The position numbers were made by a program, and so were the translations under genes. DNA of 64,000 nucleotides from Malacoraja senta (lineage: Eukaryota). Location of the stretch: contig CM075987.1 of the NCBI GenBank assembly GCA_038087875.1, positions 21,950,001 through 22,014,000 of the forward strand. Reading direction: 5' to 3'. This document shows, piece after piece, positions 62,201 through 64,000 of the stretch (positions are counted from its first letter, which is position 1; each line of letters opens with the position of its first letter). Below the pieces are notes generated by a model. The model worked only from the letters and a program-made list of their open reading frames with translations. It made no database searches and was not told the DNA's origin.

Positions 62201-63317
62201 ATTCTGCACCCATTCACTTTACATGGTAATTGGTCAGTCATGTTATAGTCTTACAGCGTGGAAACAGGCCCTTCGACCCAACTTGCCCACACCGACCAAC
62301 ATGTCCCATCTACACTGTTCCCACCTGCCAGCGTTTGGCCCATATCCCTCTAAACCTGTTTGATCCATGTACCTGTCTAATTCTTTCTTAAATGTTGCAA
62401 TAGTCCCAGCCTCAACTACCTCCTCTGGCAGCTCGTTCCATACACACCACCTTTTGTGTGAAAAGATACCCCTCAGATTCCTATTAAATCTTTCCCCCTT
62501 CACCTTAAACCCATGTCCTCTGGTTCTCGATTCCCCTACTGTACGTCTACCCGATCTATTCCTCTCATTATTTTATACATCTCTATAAGATCACACCTCA
62601 TCCTCCAGCACTCCAAGAAATAGAATCCCAGCCTGCTTAACCTCTCCCTATAGCTCAGGCCCTCGAGTCCTGGCAACATCCTTGTAAATCTTCTCCGTAC
62701 CCTTTCCAACTTGACATCTTCCCATAACATGGTACCCAGAACTGAACACCATACTCTAAACGTGGCCTCACCAACATCTTATATAGCTGCAACTTGACCT
62801 CCTTGTAATTTATGTGAGCCTGGCCTTTGCTTATCAACGTTATTGTCACACATGTTTTCTTGACATGCACTTTAATGCAAATGTCTGTTGCCCCCTTCCT
62901 AACTCACACCAAACCCCATTCACTCTCACAGACCTACAGTGGCCTTGTTCCATACATTGCTTTTTTTTTTTTTTTTTTAATTCTCACCCTTTTCTAAGCC
63001 TTCATTATGGCCTTCTCCAACAGTACAACTTTTCAAGGTTGCTGTGTTTCATTGATTGCAACTTCTTGCAAATCCCCATTTTTTAATGACTCCACCCGAT
63101 TCCACAGAATCAGACGTAGGAAGTTTTCTCCCATGTAAACCACCATTAGGATTCAAGTCAGGATTGCTGCTTTCACAAATGCATTGCCACACCATTACCT
63201 CAGCTGTCCTTGACGATCATGATAATCCTGTTTTGGCAACAGCACACCGGGACTGGAATGAATGACCACAGGGAGCCTGTTTTCTAGGTAGGCTGTCCTC
63301 AGCCACCACTCGCTCAG
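44081..63317 (-). CDS. CRAT: Carnitine O-acetyltransferase, partial spliced gene (exons 3-7 and 10-14 in window; exons 8-9 not visible; 5' exons beyond the window end)
   Basis: Exons translate to LSEWWLRTAYLENRLPVVIHSSPG..., CMNQYYQILSSCRIPG..., NRWFDKTLQ, SPDAYIQIALQLAYYR, ATYESASLRMF, DRHLFGLK, LSTSQ/VPAKTDCLMCFGPVVPDGYGVCYN...SSKL*. Introns are GT-AG. Met is present at the acyl-pocket position (DCLMCFGP), as in CrAT rather than CrOT/CPT. Confidence 0.96.
45566..45703 (-). CDS. CRAT: CRAT exon 13
   Basis: AIRGQAIDRHLFGLKHQAIEDLVRIPEIFMDTSYAVAFHFNLSTSQ; 138 nt; STS carnitine-binding motif. Confidence 0.95.
46240..46302 (-). CDS. CRAT: CRAT exon 12
   Basis: KQNKVALMRQAVQAHRAYTDL; 63 nt; AG/GTAAG boundaries. 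Confidence 0.93.
46735..47400 (-). mobile_element. Degraded CR1 3' fragment
   Basis: Similar to the CR1 copy at 62240-62805. Confidence 0.85.
48630..48965 (+). mobile_element. Rex1/Babar-like LINE 3' end
   Basis: HPGHTLISPLPSGRRYRNLKTATSRFRNSFFPTAIRLLN and a GACAATAAA tail. Confidence 0.75.
49810..49944 (-). CDS. CRAT: CRAT exon 11 (-1 frameshift near 49890)
   Basis: IYGEQRATYESASLRMFN, then after a shift RTDTIRSASVESSVFVRAMDNPQEQ; 135 nt where 136 is needed. Confidence 0.92.
51339..51461 (-). CDS. CRAT: CRAT exon 10
   Basis: MVHDMDIKCFVFEHFGKVFVKSQRLSPDAYIQIALQLAYYR; 123 nt. Confidence 0.94.
51588..51821 (+). mobile_element. tRNA-derived V-SINE (HE1-like), internally deleted
   Basis: Box A TGGCGCAGCGG, box B GGTTCAATTC, V-domain GGTTTCCTCCCACATTCTAAAGAC, CR1-like tail. 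Confidence 0.85.
51846..52045. other. Assembly gap (200 N)
   Basis: Run of N. Confidence 1.
52750..53062 (-). mobile_element. Full-length tRNA-derived V-SINE (HE1-like) inserted in a CR1 tail
   Basis: Box A/B head, V-domain GGTTTCCTCCCACACTCCAAAGAC, CR1-derived 3' end with (CTAAA)n. Confidence 0.9.
53347..53526 (-). CDS. CRAT: CRAT exon 7 (+1 frameshift near 53400)
   Basis: KVNKESVKCIQRCIFTICLDAPVPKVSDELYMSRVAAQMLH, then after a shift GGGSRWNSGNRWFDKTLQ; 180 nt where 179 is needed. Confidence 0.92.
54299..54474 (-). CDS. CRAT: CRAT exon 6 (+1 frameshift near 54414)
   Basis: FFELFVYNSDGSPLTVDQLY, then after a shift MQLEKIWHSSLQTNKEPIGILSTGHRNSWANAYNTLIK; 176 nt where 175 is needed. Confidence 0.92.
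54975..55137 (-). CDS. CRAT: CRAT exon 5
   Basis: ETLPVESLGGSPLCMNQYYQILSSCRIPGSKSDSFANYSLTKKPTHVTIVHNFQ; AG/GT boundaries. Confidence 0.95.
55314..55554 (+). mobile_element. Rex1/Babar-like LINE 3' fragment, left part (continues at 59967-60100)
   Basis: RAGKIISDSSHPGHKLFESLPSGRRLRTVKAAT..; the right part ends AATAAAC(TTAC)n. Confidence 0.75.
55872..56682. repeat. About 800-bp GA-rich (homopurine) low-complexity tract
   Basis: Almost only G and A on the + strand. Confidence 0.95.
56941..57096 (+). pseudogene. TDP2: Captured first coding exon of a TDP2-like gene (N-terminal UBA-like region) inside a DNA transposon
   Basis: GCCATGG Kozak at 56941. MEQPQCKSPGPSAASEALRRCCESLCAKFALVTSMDQAAAQCILEDNQWLLE resembles TDP2 RRLLCVEFASVASCDAAVAQCFLAENDWEME. 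It is followed directly by a phase-0 GTAAGT donor. No downstream TDP2 exons are seen. Confidence 0.8.
57200..57540 (+). mobile_element. CR1 3' tail inside the DNA transposon (a second, - strand CR1 tail is at about 57608-57830)
   Basis: Similar to the CR1 3' ends at 13250-13590 and 28590-28830. Confidence 0.88.
60476..60529 (-). CDS. CRAT: CRAT exon 4
   Basis: FSAKLIAGVLDFKSMID; 54 nt; AG/GTAAG boundaries. Confidence 0.94.
60821..60914 (+). mobile_element. 94-bp Penelope-derived unit with a hammerhead-like core and a 12-bp TSD
   Basis: TCTGTGGTATCT at 60809-60820 and 60915-60926. Confidence 0.85.
62240..62805 (-). mobile_element. CR1 LINE 3' fragment
   Basis: LYKMLVRPRLEYGVQFW...[15 protein letters not shown]...[11 protein letters not shown]. 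Confidence 0.92.
63199..63317 (-). CDS. CRAT: CRAT exon 3
   Basis: LSEWWLRTAYLENRLPVVIHSSPGVLLPKQDYHDRQGQLR; 119 nt; AG/GT boundaries. Confidence 0.95.
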
Positions 63318-64000
63318 CTGAACGGGAAAGAAATGAGAAGGTAAACTGGAAGAGGCATTGCTCAAGTGTATATCCAGACTGCAAATGGAGTTATGCTTTT
63401 CAACAATGGAAAACTTCACTTCCTGATTTTTGGTTCAATACTTGCCCAAATTTGGCAAGGCCAGTTGTAGACTCCCCCCATAGATCCTGAACTTTTAAAG
63501 AGATGCACTGAGTTTCTTACCCCGTTTAAAACATTCCAATGTTCTCCATGTGCAAAGAATAGGTTTGACATCAGGAGACAAGGAATTGATTCTGTCTCAG
63601 ATTCATTTAAAAAAATGATGCACAAATTCAGATCCTTAACAGTGCATGATGCAAATTATGAAGGGTAGAAAATCATAAGTTTTAACGACACTGATGAAAG
63701 GAACTAACCGGACGGCTCTTTGAAAGTGTTGGCACAGACACAACAAGACACAATTCTATGTATTTGGAGATAATCACAGTTTCATGGCACCAAATTTCCC
63801 CAGATGATTGGCAACCTTTGGATGACCATCAACTCAACATGATGTTCAGAAGATGGTGTCCAATCTGGTGAAGAGTACCCAGCTGCAATATGAATAAGAG
63901 TGCAAGTCTCTGTAGCAGCACAAAGATAATATTGGTCACTAAAATGGCCAAACACATAAAATTGTACAAAGTGTGGAAAAGGAGAATCAAGAAACAATTT

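Overview
Eukaryotic vertebrate genomic DNA. The repeat content (HE1-type V-SINEs, CR1 LINEs sharing their tail, abundant Penelope-derived repeats) points to a cartilaginous fish, probably a skate or ray; this is an inference. Two convergent spliced genes are present. DOLPP1 is on + (8 coding exons, 9218-34238, CpG-island promoter). CRAT is on - (exons 3-7 and 10-14 visible, 63317-44081; exons 1-2 lie beyond the window; exons 8-9 are probably inside an N gap). The tail-to-tail arrangement matches human. Four single-base indels disrupt otherwise well conserved exons and are most likely consensus errors. Introns carry CR1, RTE, Rex1, Penelope, Tc1 and SINE copies. The most unusual item is a 4.4-kb non-autonomous TIR DNA transposon in CRAT intron 4 (13-bp TIRs, 7-bp TSD) that has captured the first exon of a TDP2-like gene, with Kozak ATG and splice donor (Pack-TIR-like). 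Also notable are an RTE insertion with a 5' inversion and many short Penelope-derived units with hammerhead-ribozyme-like cores and their own TSDs. Homology calls come from recalled protein and repeat sequences, not from database searches.
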